Of a DNA stretch of 46,880 bases, positions 8,964 through 17,059 are shown in pieces. Under the pieces are notes generated by a model. It did no database searches. It saw nothing but the letters and a program-made list of their open reading frames with translations, and was not told the DNA's origin. Each line of letters starts with the position of its first letter. The first letter of the stretch is position 1. A program made the translations under genes and the position numbers. Source of the DNA: Escherichia phage BEK2; the sequence record MN158206.1, one strand, 5' to 3'.

Positions 8964-9405
8964 TTTTATACCGAAGGCTAATGGCGGGGTTATTGAATTT
9001 AGTCGCTCCATTTCTGAATGGATAGATAAGGTTGAATCTGGAGTTGATGGGGTTGTTGCAGGAACCATTATCAAGACAGCTAATGGCCTGGTAGATCAGT
9101 CACCAGTTGACACTGGTAGATTTAAAGCCAACTGGCAAATAACAGCAAACTCCCCGGCTCAGCAGTCAGTAATTGACTATGATAAACTTGGAACAGAGAC
9201 CAAAAGAGCACTCGCAAGACAGGCAAGGGCGGTAGCCAGAGCAAAGGGAACAAAGGTCATTTACATAACAAGCAGGCTTGATTACTCAATTCACCTTGAA
9301 TATGGCGGCTCGGGTCAGGCGCCAAACGGCATTATTAGGATTGTTCAGATGCGGCTTGGTCGATACTTCCAGGAAGCAGTAGAGGAGGCTAAACGTGCAC
9401 TATGA
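8956..9405 (+). CDS. neck/tail-completion protein (HK97 gp10-like, putative)
   Basis: 149 aa from the in-frame ATG 8956 (overlaps the upstream stop). DTGRFKANW resembles the gp10-family motif. Confidence 0.45.
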   Translation: MASFIPKANGGVIEFSRSISEWIDKVESGVDGVVAGTIIKTANGLVDQSPVDTGRFKANWQITANSPAQQSVIDYDKLGTETKRALARQARAVARAKGTKVIYITSRLDYSIHLEYGGSGQAPNGIIRIVQMRLGRYFQEAVEEAKRAL

Positions 9406-9796
9406 ATTGTCTATAGCTGCTAGGAAATATGTTAATGATTTGCTGGTGAGCAGCTTCCCAGTCAGATATCCGGTATCTTGGGAAAACGTTGCTTTCACTC
9501 CTCCAGCAGATGGCTCTATCTGGCTAAAGTATGACTACATCGAGGTTGACACCGCAACATACGGGCTGAGCAGGAAGTGCAAATACTACGTAGGCATGGT
9601 GCAGATTTCTGTTTTCTTCAGTCCGGGAACTGGAATTGATAGGCCAAGACAAATCGCTAATCAATTGGCAGAATCTATCGTTGATGGTACAATGCTTGAC
9701 AGCGGGACCATTTATGAGTCTGGAGTTGTTAACCCGGTTATCAAATCCAAGTCTGGGTGGTTTATCCCGGTTCATTTTTATGTTCGTCTAGACTAA
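9395..9796 (+). CDS. tail terminator/completion protein (putative)
   Basis: 133 aa. GTG start with GAGGAGG SD. Last gene before the tube gene. Confidence 0.4.
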   Translation: MHYELSIAARKYVNDLLVSSFPVRYPVSWENVAFTPPADGSIWLKYDYIEVDTATYGLSRKCKYYVGMVQISVFFSPGTGIDRPRQIANQLAESIVDGTMLDSGTIYESGVVNPVIKSKSGWFIPVHFYVRLD

Positions 9797-9811
9797 CAAA
9801 AGGAAAAATAC

Positions 9812-10468
9812 ATGGCTCATTTATCAAACGGCACTCAGGTGTTCGTAGAGGGTTCTCGTGGCGAAGCTGTTGCGGTTACAGCAATCTCTAACGCAGCAAG
9901 CCCTGTTTTAACCGTAGCTGACAGCTCTGGTATTGAGGTTGGTAATCACCTCCTGTTTACCGCGTCTTCCTCTACACTGCTTGCTGACAAGCACGTTCGA
10001 GTTACCGCAGTTACTGGTACATCAATCACAGTTGAAGGTATCGATACTTCTAACACCACAAAATTCCCGGCGGGGTTGACTGGTGAGGTGGTTAAGATTA
10101 TTTCCTGGTTCGAGGTTCCGTGCGTTCAGGACGTTTCCACTGACGGCGGCGAGCAGCAATTCGTTAACTTCCAATGCTTGTCCGATGACCGTGAGCAGCA
10201 GATTCCGACTTATAAATCTGCCGTAACTAACACCTTTACCTTTGCTCATGAGTACACCAACCCGGTTTATCCGGTTCTGCGTAACTACGATGAGTCAGGA
10301 CAGGTTGTCGCAATTCATCTGTATGTTCCACGTGCACAGGAGATGCGTTTGCAGTCCGGCACTATCGCTTTCAACGACACGCCAACCATCGGTGTTAACG
10401 AAATCGAAACGGTGTCCATCTCGGTATCAATTCGTGGTCGACTGTCCTCTGTGGCAGCACCAGTTTAA
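9812..10468 (+). CDS. major tail tube protein (putative)
   Basis: 218 aa, AAGGA SD, followed by a strong terminator, upstream of the chaperone pair and tape measure. Confidence 0.65.
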   Translation: MAHLSNGTQVFVEGSRGEAVAVTAISNAASPVLTVADSSGIEVGNHLLFTASSSTLLADKHVRVTAVTGTSITVEGIDTSNTTKFPAGLTGEVVKIISWFEVPCVQDVSTDGGEQQFVNFQCLSDDREQQIPTYKSAVTNTFTFAHEYTNPVYPVLRNYDESGQVVAIHLYVPRAQEMRLQSGTIAFNDTPTIGVNEIETVSISVSIRGRLSSVAAPV

Positions 10469-10476
10469 AGCACAAA

Positions 10477-10496
10477 CCCTCTTCGGAGGGTTTTTT
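10477..10496 (+). terminator. rho-independent terminator (UUCG loop)
   Basis: CCCTC-TTCG-GAGGG followed by T6. Confidence 0.85.
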
Positions 10497-10501
10497 ATTG
10501 C

Positions 10502-10545
10502 ATAGCACTTTTTGCTAAAGCACTTATCCAATCTTCCTGTATAGT
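10502..10545 (+). promoter_or_regulatory. box promoter cassette P2
   Basis: ATAGCACTTTTTGCTAAA (10502-10519), 22-nt spacer, TATAGT (10540-10545), then leader CATCGAAACGAAA (10551-10563). Confidence 0.65.
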
Positions 10546-10578
10546 TAACTCATCGAAACGAAATGAAGGAATTAAGAA

Positions 10579-10827
10579 ATGAATAACGTTAAAAACATTA
10601 TCAAACTTACTGCGGTTCTGGTTGCTTTTTATGCGGTGGTTCAGATTGTTAACCCAACGGGTGAGGCTGATGCAAATAGCAAGGCAAACAAATATACCGT
10701 TGAGTTTGCCAAAGCCGAGCGAGCATGCCAGGAACTTGTAGGTGGTAAGGTTGATCAAATCATGAAGTATGGTAGTGAGATTTGCAAGGATACCGCCGCT
10801 AAGATTGCAAAAGAAAACACTAAGTAA
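10579..10827 (+). CDS. small secreted/membrane protein (moron inside the tail module)
   Basis: 82 aa. N-terminal hydrophobic signal (IIKLTAVLVAFYAVVQIV...ADA), two Cys in the mature part, AAGGA SD. Has its own terminator-promoter cassette upstream. Confidence 0.6.
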   Translation: MNNVKNIIKLTAVLVAFYAVVQIVNPTGEADANSKANKYTVEFAKAERACQELVGGKVDQIMKYGSEICKDTAAKIAKENTK

Positions 10828-10865
10828 TAGAATACATACTCACAAACAATAAGAGGATTAACAAA

Positions 10866-11180
10866 ATGGCAAAGTTCAAACTTTCACTGGCGGCACTCCC
10901 GGACTTTAAGCTACCAGTAAAATTTAAGCTGGCTAACGACCAGGATGTAGAGGTTATTTTTACAGTCAAACACAAGAAAACATCTGAGCTTCAGGAATTG
11001 CTCAGCAAGGAAGATTTGAGCACCAAAGAACTTATTATGGCAATTACCTCTGATTGGGATTTGGAAGAGGAATACAACGAGGATAACGTTAATGAGTTCT
11101 CAGACCTGTTCCCAGCCTCAACCGTAGCGCTAACTACCGCTTATATGCAAGCACTGGCTGGTCAGCGAGTAAAAAACTAA
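10866..11180 (+). CDS. tail assembly chaperone (G-like)
   Basis: 104 aa acidic protein immediately upstream of the tape measure. Ends just after the slippery heptamer. Confidence 0.7.
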   Translation: MAKFKLSLAALPDFKLPVKFKLANDQDVEVIFTVKHKKTSELQELLSKEDLSTKELIMAITSDWDLEEEYNEDNVNEFSDLFPASTVALTTAYMQALAGQRVKN

Positions 11181-11500
11181 AACGAGCGGTGTACCTCCAG
11201 TACCAGTCAGAGCCAACTGATGCCGAACTGGAAGCTATTGGGATGCGCCGCTCTGATTACGAAGATGAAGAGCCTGAGGTTTTACACTTTGACGATAACA
11301 TGATGAAGGCGTGGGACATTTATTGTTCAATGGCTACACAATGGAGAGTCGGAGCTAACGGAGCAACTGGCCTAGATTACAACGTGCTAAATTTCCTCTT
11401 TAGAGTGTATAATGTTTCTGAAGAAGAATTGGTGCTCAGCGATTTACGCATCCTTGAAGCTAAGGCTCTTGAGATGATGGATAACCTGAGAAAAAAATAA
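10866..11500 (+). CDS. tail assembly chaperone GT-like fusion (via -1 frameshift at 11171-11177)
   Basis: The frame of 11189-11500 equals the frame of 10866 minus 1, with no stop between the slip site and 11189. Arrangement is the same as lambda G/GT. Confidence 0.6.
11171..11177 (+). promoter_or_regulatory. -1 programmed frameshift slippery heptamer A_AAA_AAC
   Basis: The zero-frame codons are AAA AAC, followed by TAA. The -1 frame is open from here into ORF 11189-11500. Confidence 0.7.
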
Positions 11501-11518
11501 CCCGCTTCGGCGGGTTTT
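11501..11518 (+). terminator. terminator/attenuator hairpin (UUCG loop)
   Basis: CCCGC-TTCG-GCGGG followed by TTTT, between the chaperone and tape measure genes. Confidence 0.6.
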
Positions 11519-11535
11519 CTATTATGGAGGCTTAG

Positions 11536-14520
11536 ATGGCAACAAATGAATTAGCCGGAATCACGCTAGCCGTAGACGTCTCGCAGGTAGACAGGGGAAC
11601 GCAATCCCTACAGAAGTTCAGACAGGCCAACCAACAGGCTGCCTCTGGGATTAGTGAGTTCGTCAATGCTGAGCAGGTAGCAAAAACTCAGGCCAGAGAC
11701 ACGGCTCGCGCACTTGCTGAGCAGCAAGCATCACTTGCTAAGCTGCAAACGGCTATTGATCCAACTGCGGCAAAGTTCCGTAAACTCCAGGAGGCTGCTG
11801 TAGGTCTGGATAAGGCTTTCGCGGCTGGCGTAGTTCCTGATGAGGAGTTTTTCCGGTTAGGTGAGGCACTTGAAACGCAGAACGCAAAACTTGCCCGATC
11901 ACGTGCGGCGCTAACTGAGGAGGGAAGGGCGGCAGCACAGGCTGCAAAGGATAAGGCAAAAGCAAAGGCAGAGGCTGACAGATTTATCGCATCACTTGAG
12001 CGCCAGGCTCAAGCGGCAACATTGACGCGTGAGGAGTACTTAAAGTTACAGGCTGCTCAGCTTGGGGTAAGTTCTCAGGCAGCGCCTATTATTGACAGAA
12101 TCGCCGATGCATCACAGAAGGCAAACACCCAGTTAATTGCCCAGAGCAAGGCTTTTCAACGCTCTGGCTTAAGCGCAGGTCAATACAAGGCTGCAATCTC
12201 TCAATTGCCAGCGCAGATTACAGACATTGGCACATCACTTGCTGGCGGCATCCCGATCTGGCTTATTGCAATTCAGCAGGGTGGGCAAATTAAGGATGCA
12301 TTTGGTGGTATTGGCAACACCTTTAGATTCGCGCTCGCAGCCTTAAATCCATTCAATGTTGCTGTTGGTGTTTTGGGTGGGGCGCTTGTAGCTCTTGGTG
12401 TCGGTGCAGCTCAGGCTGAAAGTGAATTCAGGGCGTTAAACTCAGCTATTGCATTCTCCAACAACTCTACAATCGCATCAATCTCGCAGGTTAGAGAGTT
12501 GGTTAGCTCTGTTTCTGATGCAACAGGTGCCACCAGAGGGCTTGTGACTAGCATCGCAACAAGCCTTATTGAGCAAGGGAACCTTACGCTGACGCAGATT
12601 GACAAGATTACCAAATCAACCGCCAGATGGGCGCAGCTTACCGGAAAAGATGCAAAGGAAATTACTGGTTACTACAACCAGATTGCGAGCGACCCAATCC
12701 AGGGTTTGGTTGATTTGGATAAGCGCTTTAACTTCCTCACCAAGGGGCAGTTAACGACAATCGAAAACCTTAGGAAGACAAAGGGAGAGGTTGAGGCTGT
12801 TACCGCCGCAATTGACATTTTCAGTAAGTCCCAGGAAGCCAACCTTAACGACATAGCAGCGCAGTTAACTCCACTTGAGCTAGCCTGGAATGATTTCAAA
12901 AAGTACATCTCCGATATCTGGGATGCAATTAGTCGCAGAACAGTTGGGGCACTGAACCTGTTTGTTGACGTAATCGCCGGAACAATTGAGCAGATCAGGG
13001 TATTCATTAACCAGGGGGATGCCCTGATTGGTGAATTCGTAATTAGCGCAACTCAGGCATTGCAGAATATCCCCGGCCTTGATGGTGTCGGTGATGATGT
13101 AATCAAGAGTCAGCAGAAGATTATCGATGCCGCCAAGAAGCAAAACCTTGAGTTAGAAAAGTCTATCAAGGAGCGCGATGCCAGAATCAGGGAGGGAGAG
13201 CTTGGTTACGTTACTCGCAGAGAAAATCAGAATACCAATGAGCAGTCAGGCACGGATGAGGAGTTTGCAAAAAGGAAGAAGGCGCTTCAGGATGAACTTG
13301 ATGCGATCAAGAAAAACAGAGCCGAGGAGAAGGGTAGGGTTAAAGAGCAAAGGGATCTAACGATAGGTTATGAATCTGGCGTGCTGGCACTTCAGGCCCA
13401 ACTCAAGGCTCTTAAGGAAAACAGGGATGTCGGCGCAGTAATAAGCAATGAGAGCAATCAGTATCGTCAGGAGGTTGCTAAATTCCAGATTCTTGAGCAG
13501 AGGCAACTTGATGGCTCAATTACCAAAGAGCAAGCAAGGCTTCTCATTGAAAAGGATAAAGTTCTTGAGTTGGCTAGGCAGAAGGCTGAACTAGGTGACC
13601 AGATTGTTTTGCAGGAGCGAGCCAATAAGTTAGCTGAAGATAACCGCAAGAAGATTCTTCAGATTAACAATGAAGCAAATAACATTGATTTGGGTGCTGG
13701 CCTGTCTTCTCGTGAACAGCAGAGAGCTAAGGAGATTCAGGCTCTTCAGTCCAATCAGGTTAATGCTGGTGGTTCTGTTGATGATGTTGATTTTCAGCAA
13801 TTGCTGGAAGCAAGAAAGGAATACTACAAGCAGGAGGATAATCTTAGGTCAGACTGGCAAGCTGGCGTAACGTCAACCCTCGCTGACTTGACTGAGAAGT
13901 ACACTGATTACAACCAGATTGCTAAGGACTTGACAGTTGCGGCATTCGATGGAATTACAGACCAGATTACAAACCTTGTAACCACTGGTGAGACCAACTT
14001 CAGGGAGTTCACCGCAAACATCCTCAAAATGATTGCGAAGATTGCAACTCAGTTACTTTTGGTTAAGGCTATTGAATCTACAATCAAGAGCTTTGGTGGT
14101 GACACTGGTGCAGGTAGCGCTTTCGAGTCAATAAAGTCAGCAATTGGTTTCGCTGGCGGCGGCTACACTGGTGACGGCGGGAAGTATCAGCCAGCAGGTA
14201 CGGTGCATCGCGGGGAGTTTGTATTCACAAAAGAGGCAACTAGCCGAATTGGTGTGAAAAACCTTTACGCACTAATGAAGGGTTATGCAAACGGCGGAGC
14301 GGTTGGCGGTCCATCTGGTTATGCTAATGGCGGCTTGGTTTCTGGTGGTGCTGATGTTAATGTTAGTGGCATCACTGTTAACGTAAACTCGGGTGTAGGT
14401 AGCGATCCGGAGCAAGCTAAGGCACTGCAAAATGGCGTCAAGGCTATCGTAGCGGAAGAGATTTCTCAGTCCTTCCAGCAAGGCGGAAGAGCTTATCAGT
14501 ACCTTCGAGGATTCAACTAA
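11536..14520 (+). CDS. tape measure protein
   Basis: 994 aa. Long Ala/Gln/Glu-rich helical regions, a central hydrophobic segment (GGIPIWLIAIQQGG...VGVLGGALVALGVGAAQA), Gly-rich C-terminus. GGAGG SD. Confidence 0.9.
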   Translation: MATNELAGITLAVDVSQVDRGTQSLQKFRQANQQAASGISEFVNAEQVAKTQARDTARALAEQQASLAKLQTAIDPTAAKFRKLQEAAVGLDKAFAAGVVPDEEFFRLGEALETQNAKLARSRAALTEEGRAAAQAAKDKAKAKAEADRFIASLERQAQAATLTREEYLKLQAAQLGVSSQAAPIIDRIADASQKANTQLIAQSKAFQRSGLSAGQYKAAISQLPAQITDIGTSLAGGIPIWLIAIQQGGQIKDAFGGIGNTFRFALAALNPFNVAVGVLGGALVALGVGAAQAESEFRALNSAIAFSNNSTIASISQVRELVSSVSDATGATRGLVTSIATSLIEQGNLTLTQIDKITKSTARWAQLTGKDAKEITGYYNQIASDPIQGLVDLDKRFNFLTKGQLTTIENLRKTKGEVEAVTAAIDIFSKSQEANLNDIAAQLTPLELAWNDFKKYISDIWDAISRRTVGALNLFVDVIAGTIEQIRVFINQGDALIGEFVISATQALQNIPGLDGVGDDVIKSQQKIIDAAKKQNLELEKSIKERDARIREGELGYVTRRENQNTNEQSGTDEEFAKRKKALQDELDAIKKNRAEEKGRVKEQRDLTIGYESGVLALQAQLKALKENRDVGAVISNESNQYRQEVAKFQILEQRQLDGSITKEQARLLIEKDKVLELARQKAELGDQIVLQERANKLAEDNRKKILQINNEANNIDLGAGLSSREQQRAKEIQALQSNQVNAGGSVDDVDFQQLLEARKEYYKQEDNLRSDWQAGVTSTLADLTEKYTDYNQIAKDLTVAAFDGITDQITNLVTTGETNFREFTANILKMIAKIATQLLLVKAIESTIKSFGGDTGAGSAFESIKSAIGFAGGGYTGDGGKYQPAGTVHRGEFVFTKEATSRIGVKNLYALMKGYANGGAVGGPSGYANGGLVSGGADVNVSGITVNVNSGVGSDPEQAKALQNGVKAIVAEEISQSFQQGGRAYQYLRGFN

Positions 14521-14550
14521 TTAATGGGGCTTCTGCCCCTAGGGATTTTT

Positions 14551-14901
14551 ATGGCTATTGATACTTTTAACTGGTGCACGCAAGTCCAGGGTGGATCAGC
14601 ATCATTCAGCAATACGAACAACGTGCGAATTGTTAGCTTCGGGAATGGTTTTGAGCAAAGAGGGACTGGTGGTTATCGCAGCAACAAGCGAAGCTACCAG
14701 ATGACCTATACTAACAATGACTGGCGAGAGGTAATGGAATTTTGCTTCAACCACATCATTACCCCGTTCTTCTGGACTACGCCTCAAGGTGACACATCAA
14801 TGTTTGTTATTCAGCAGGATAGCATTAGCGTCACGCCGCTCAGAAAGGATGTTCAGACTGTAAATATGCAATTCGTGGAAGTATTTAGCTCAATGCGTTA
14901 A
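14551..14901 (+). CDS. minor tail protein (lambda M-like)
   Basis: 116 aa from ATG 14551 (the 14524 ATG lies in a GGGGC/GCCCC hairpin). First gene after the tape measure. Confidence 0.6.
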   Translation: MAIDTFNWCTQVQGGSASFSNTNNVRIVSFGNGFEQRGTGGYRSNKRSYQMTYTNNDWREVMEFCFNHIITPFFWTTPQGDTSMFVIQQDSISVTPLRKDVQTVNMQFVEVFSSMR

Positions 14902-14905
14902 ACTA

Positions 14906-14927
14906 AGCCCCTATGAGGGGCTTTTTT
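14906..14927 (+). terminator. rho-independent terminator
   Basis: AGCCCC-TATGA-GGGGCT followed by T6. Confidence 0.75.
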
Positions 14928-14940
14928 ATTGGAGAAATAT

Positions 14941-15696
14941 ATGCTAAGTCCAAAGTTTGAGAATCAGTTGCAAAGCCTTTTCCCTGGCGAGATTGTGACA
15001 CTAATCCAGGTTGACGGAACCTCCTTCGGAAGTCTCGTTTACAACTTCCACAATGAGAACATTTCATACACGCCAGAAGAGATTATGATGGCTCAAATGA
15101 ATGGGGAGCCACTACCAGAGAAGACTATTACATTTCGCGGTGAAGAGTATGGTCCTAGACCTTTCGGTATCTCTGGCATCAATATGACTTCTGACGGCAA
15201 AGCCAACAAAGTAACGCTAACAGTATCAAACGTAGACCAGCGTATTAGCGCACTTATCCGTACTTACAATGGATTGGTTAAAGCTAAGGTTACTATCTGG
15301 ATTACTACGCGTGATAACATCAACGAAGACGGGAGCATCGCTGATGGGGACTATCGCAGATTCGTTTACTTCATTGAGCGACCAAAGCAGGTTGACTACA
15401 AAACCGCATCATTTGAGCTAAGTAGCCCAATGGATATGGATGGAATTTATATCCCAGCGAGACTTGTTCAGTCTGTTTGCTATTTCGCCTCTAGGGGTTG
15501 GTATCGTAGCGGTAATGGCTGCGCTTATGCTGGCAATAGATACTTCAACAAGGATGACGAGCCAGTGTCAGACCCATCATTAGACTTCTGTGCAGGAACT
15601 GTTAACAGTTGCAAACTTAGATTTGGTGAGAATAATCAGTTAGATTTCGGTGGTTGTGCTTCAGCAAGCCTTCAGGCTAAAGCCAACCAGAGTTAA
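14941..15696 (+). CDS. minor tail protein (lambda L-like)
   Basis: 251 aa. ATG 14941 with GGAG SD. C-terminal Cys cluster (CYFASRGWYRSGNGCAYAG...CAGTVNSC) as in L-type tail-tip proteins. Confidence 0.75.
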   Translation: MLSPKFENQLQSLFPGEIVTLIQVDGTSFGSLVYNFHNENISYTPEEIMMAQMNGEPLPEKTITFRGEEYGPRPFGISGINMTSDGKANKVTLTVSNVDQRISALIRTYNGLVKAKVTIWITTRDNINEDGSIADGDYRRFVYFIERPKQVDYKTASFELSSPMDMDGIYIPARLVQSVCYFASRGWYRSGNGCAYAGNRYFNKDDEPVSDPSLDFCAGTVNSCKLRFGENNQLDFGGCASASLQAKANQS

Positions 15697-15706
15697 GGAG
15701 AAATAA

Positions 15707-16465
15707 ATGTTAACACCAAAAGTTAAGCTGGAAATCTTCCAGCACGCAAAGGAAGTGTACCCGCAAGAATGTTGCGGGGTTGTTACCCAGAAGGGTAGGG
15801 CACAGAAATACCACAGAATCAAGAACGCCAGCAAAGACCCCGAAAATGAGTTTGTGCTTGATTCAAATGAGTATTCTGATATCGCATTTGGCTTAGCTGA
15901 TAATGAGTCAATTGTTTACATAGTTCACTCACACACGGGAGATGGTGCGACAACAAGACCTAGCCCGGCTGACATTTGTAGCTGCAATGAATGCGAGATT
16001 CCTTATGTTATCGTCAGCATTCCGGAGGGAGATATGCGCATCCTTGATCCATCAGCTATGCCACTGATTGGTCGCCCGTGGGGTTTGGGTAGCTTTGACT
16101 GCTGGGAGCTGGTGATGGCATTCCACAAGAAATACGGCGTAAAACTGAATGACTACCGCGTTAATTACCCGTGGTGGGAGAAACGGTACAATGAAAATAT
16201 CTATGAAGACAACTGGATTAAGGAAGGATTTGAACTGGTAAAAACTTCAGATATTCCGATTGGCTCAATGATTATGATGCAGGTGCAAAGTGAGGTGGCA
16301 AACCACGCTGGAATCTACATTGGCAACAACAGATTCATTCATCACCTTTATGGTAAAATGAGTTCAGTTGATATCTACTCCGATTACTGGCGAGAGCGCA
16401 CTGTGCGAATCGTTCGCCATAAGGATTTACCAGAGGATGTAATTTATGACCCAGAAACTGATTGA
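15707..16465 (+). CDS. tail tip assembly protein (lambda K-like; JAB/MPN + NlpC/P60)
   Basis: JAMM-type HSHTGDGATTRPSPAD motif, then an NlpC/P60-like FDCWELV...NHAGIYIG...IHH. AAGGAG SD. Confidence 0.8.
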   Translation: MLTPKVKLEIFQHAKEVYPQECCGVVTQKGRAQKYHRIKNASKDPENEFVLDSNEYSDIAFGLADNESIVYIVHSHTGDGATTRPSPADICSCNECEIPYVIVSIPEGDMRILDPSAMPLIGRPWGLGSFDCWELVMAFHKKYGVKLNDYRVNYPWWEKRYNENIYEDNWIKEGFELVKTSDIPIGSMIMMQVQSEVANHAGIYIGNNRFIHHLYGKMSSVDIYSDYWRERTVRIVRHKDLPEDVIYDPETD

Positions 16466-17018
16466 TATTAAGTTAGGCCTATCTTTAGGGCGTAAGTTTG
16501 GCAAGATTCACAAAATGGCAGTGAGCAGCGTTCCTGAAGCAATGCGAGCGCTTTGCTCACAAATTCCTGCTTTCAAGGAGTTCATGAACAGTCATGTTGG
16601 TCAAAACACAAGGTACGCCGTGTTCGTTGATGGTAAAAATGTGAATGAGCATCGAATCTCTGATTTTGGCGCCGTTCAGGAGATACGAATCTTACCAATC
16701 CCGCAAGGTCGTAAGTCTGGCGGCTTGTTTCAGACTATTTTAGGCGCCGCTCTTATCACGGTTGGCATCTTTACCGGGCAGATTTATCTTGTTGGCGCTG
16801 GTGTTTCTCTGGCTGCTGGCGGTATTGCTCAATTACTCTCGCCGCAAGCGACTGGATTAAAGACCCAGAACAACCAAACAAGCAACCGCGCATCATACGC
16901 ATTCGGCTCCGCAGTAAACACGGTGGCAGCTGGCTATCCGGTTTGCCTTCCATATGGCTATCGAACGGTTGGCGGCTCTGTGTTTAGTGCAGGCAGTTAT
17001 TCCGAAGACATTGCTTAA
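16446..17018 (+). CDS. tail assembly protein (lambda I-like)
   Basis: 190 aa. Overlaps the K-like gene. Gly/Ala-rich hydrophobic C-terminal half, as in I-family proteins. Confidence 0.65.
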   Translation: MTQKLIDIKLGLSLGRKFGKIHKMAVSSVPEAMRALCSQIPAFKEFMNSHVGQNTRYAVFVDGKNVNEHRISDFGAVQEIRILPIPQGRKSGGLFQTILGAALITVGIFTGQIYLVGAGVSLAAGGIAQLLSPQATGLKTQNNQTSNRASYAFGSAVNTVAAGYPVCLPYGYRTVGGSVFSAGSYSEDIA

Positions 17019-17025
17019 ATATCAT

Positions 17026-17047
17026 ACCCGCCTAGTGCGGGTTTTTT
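17026..17047 (+). terminator. rho-independent terminator
   Basis: ACCCGC-CTAGT-GCGGGT followed by T6. Confidence 0.75.
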
Positions 17048-17059
17048 ATTTAGTGTAGA

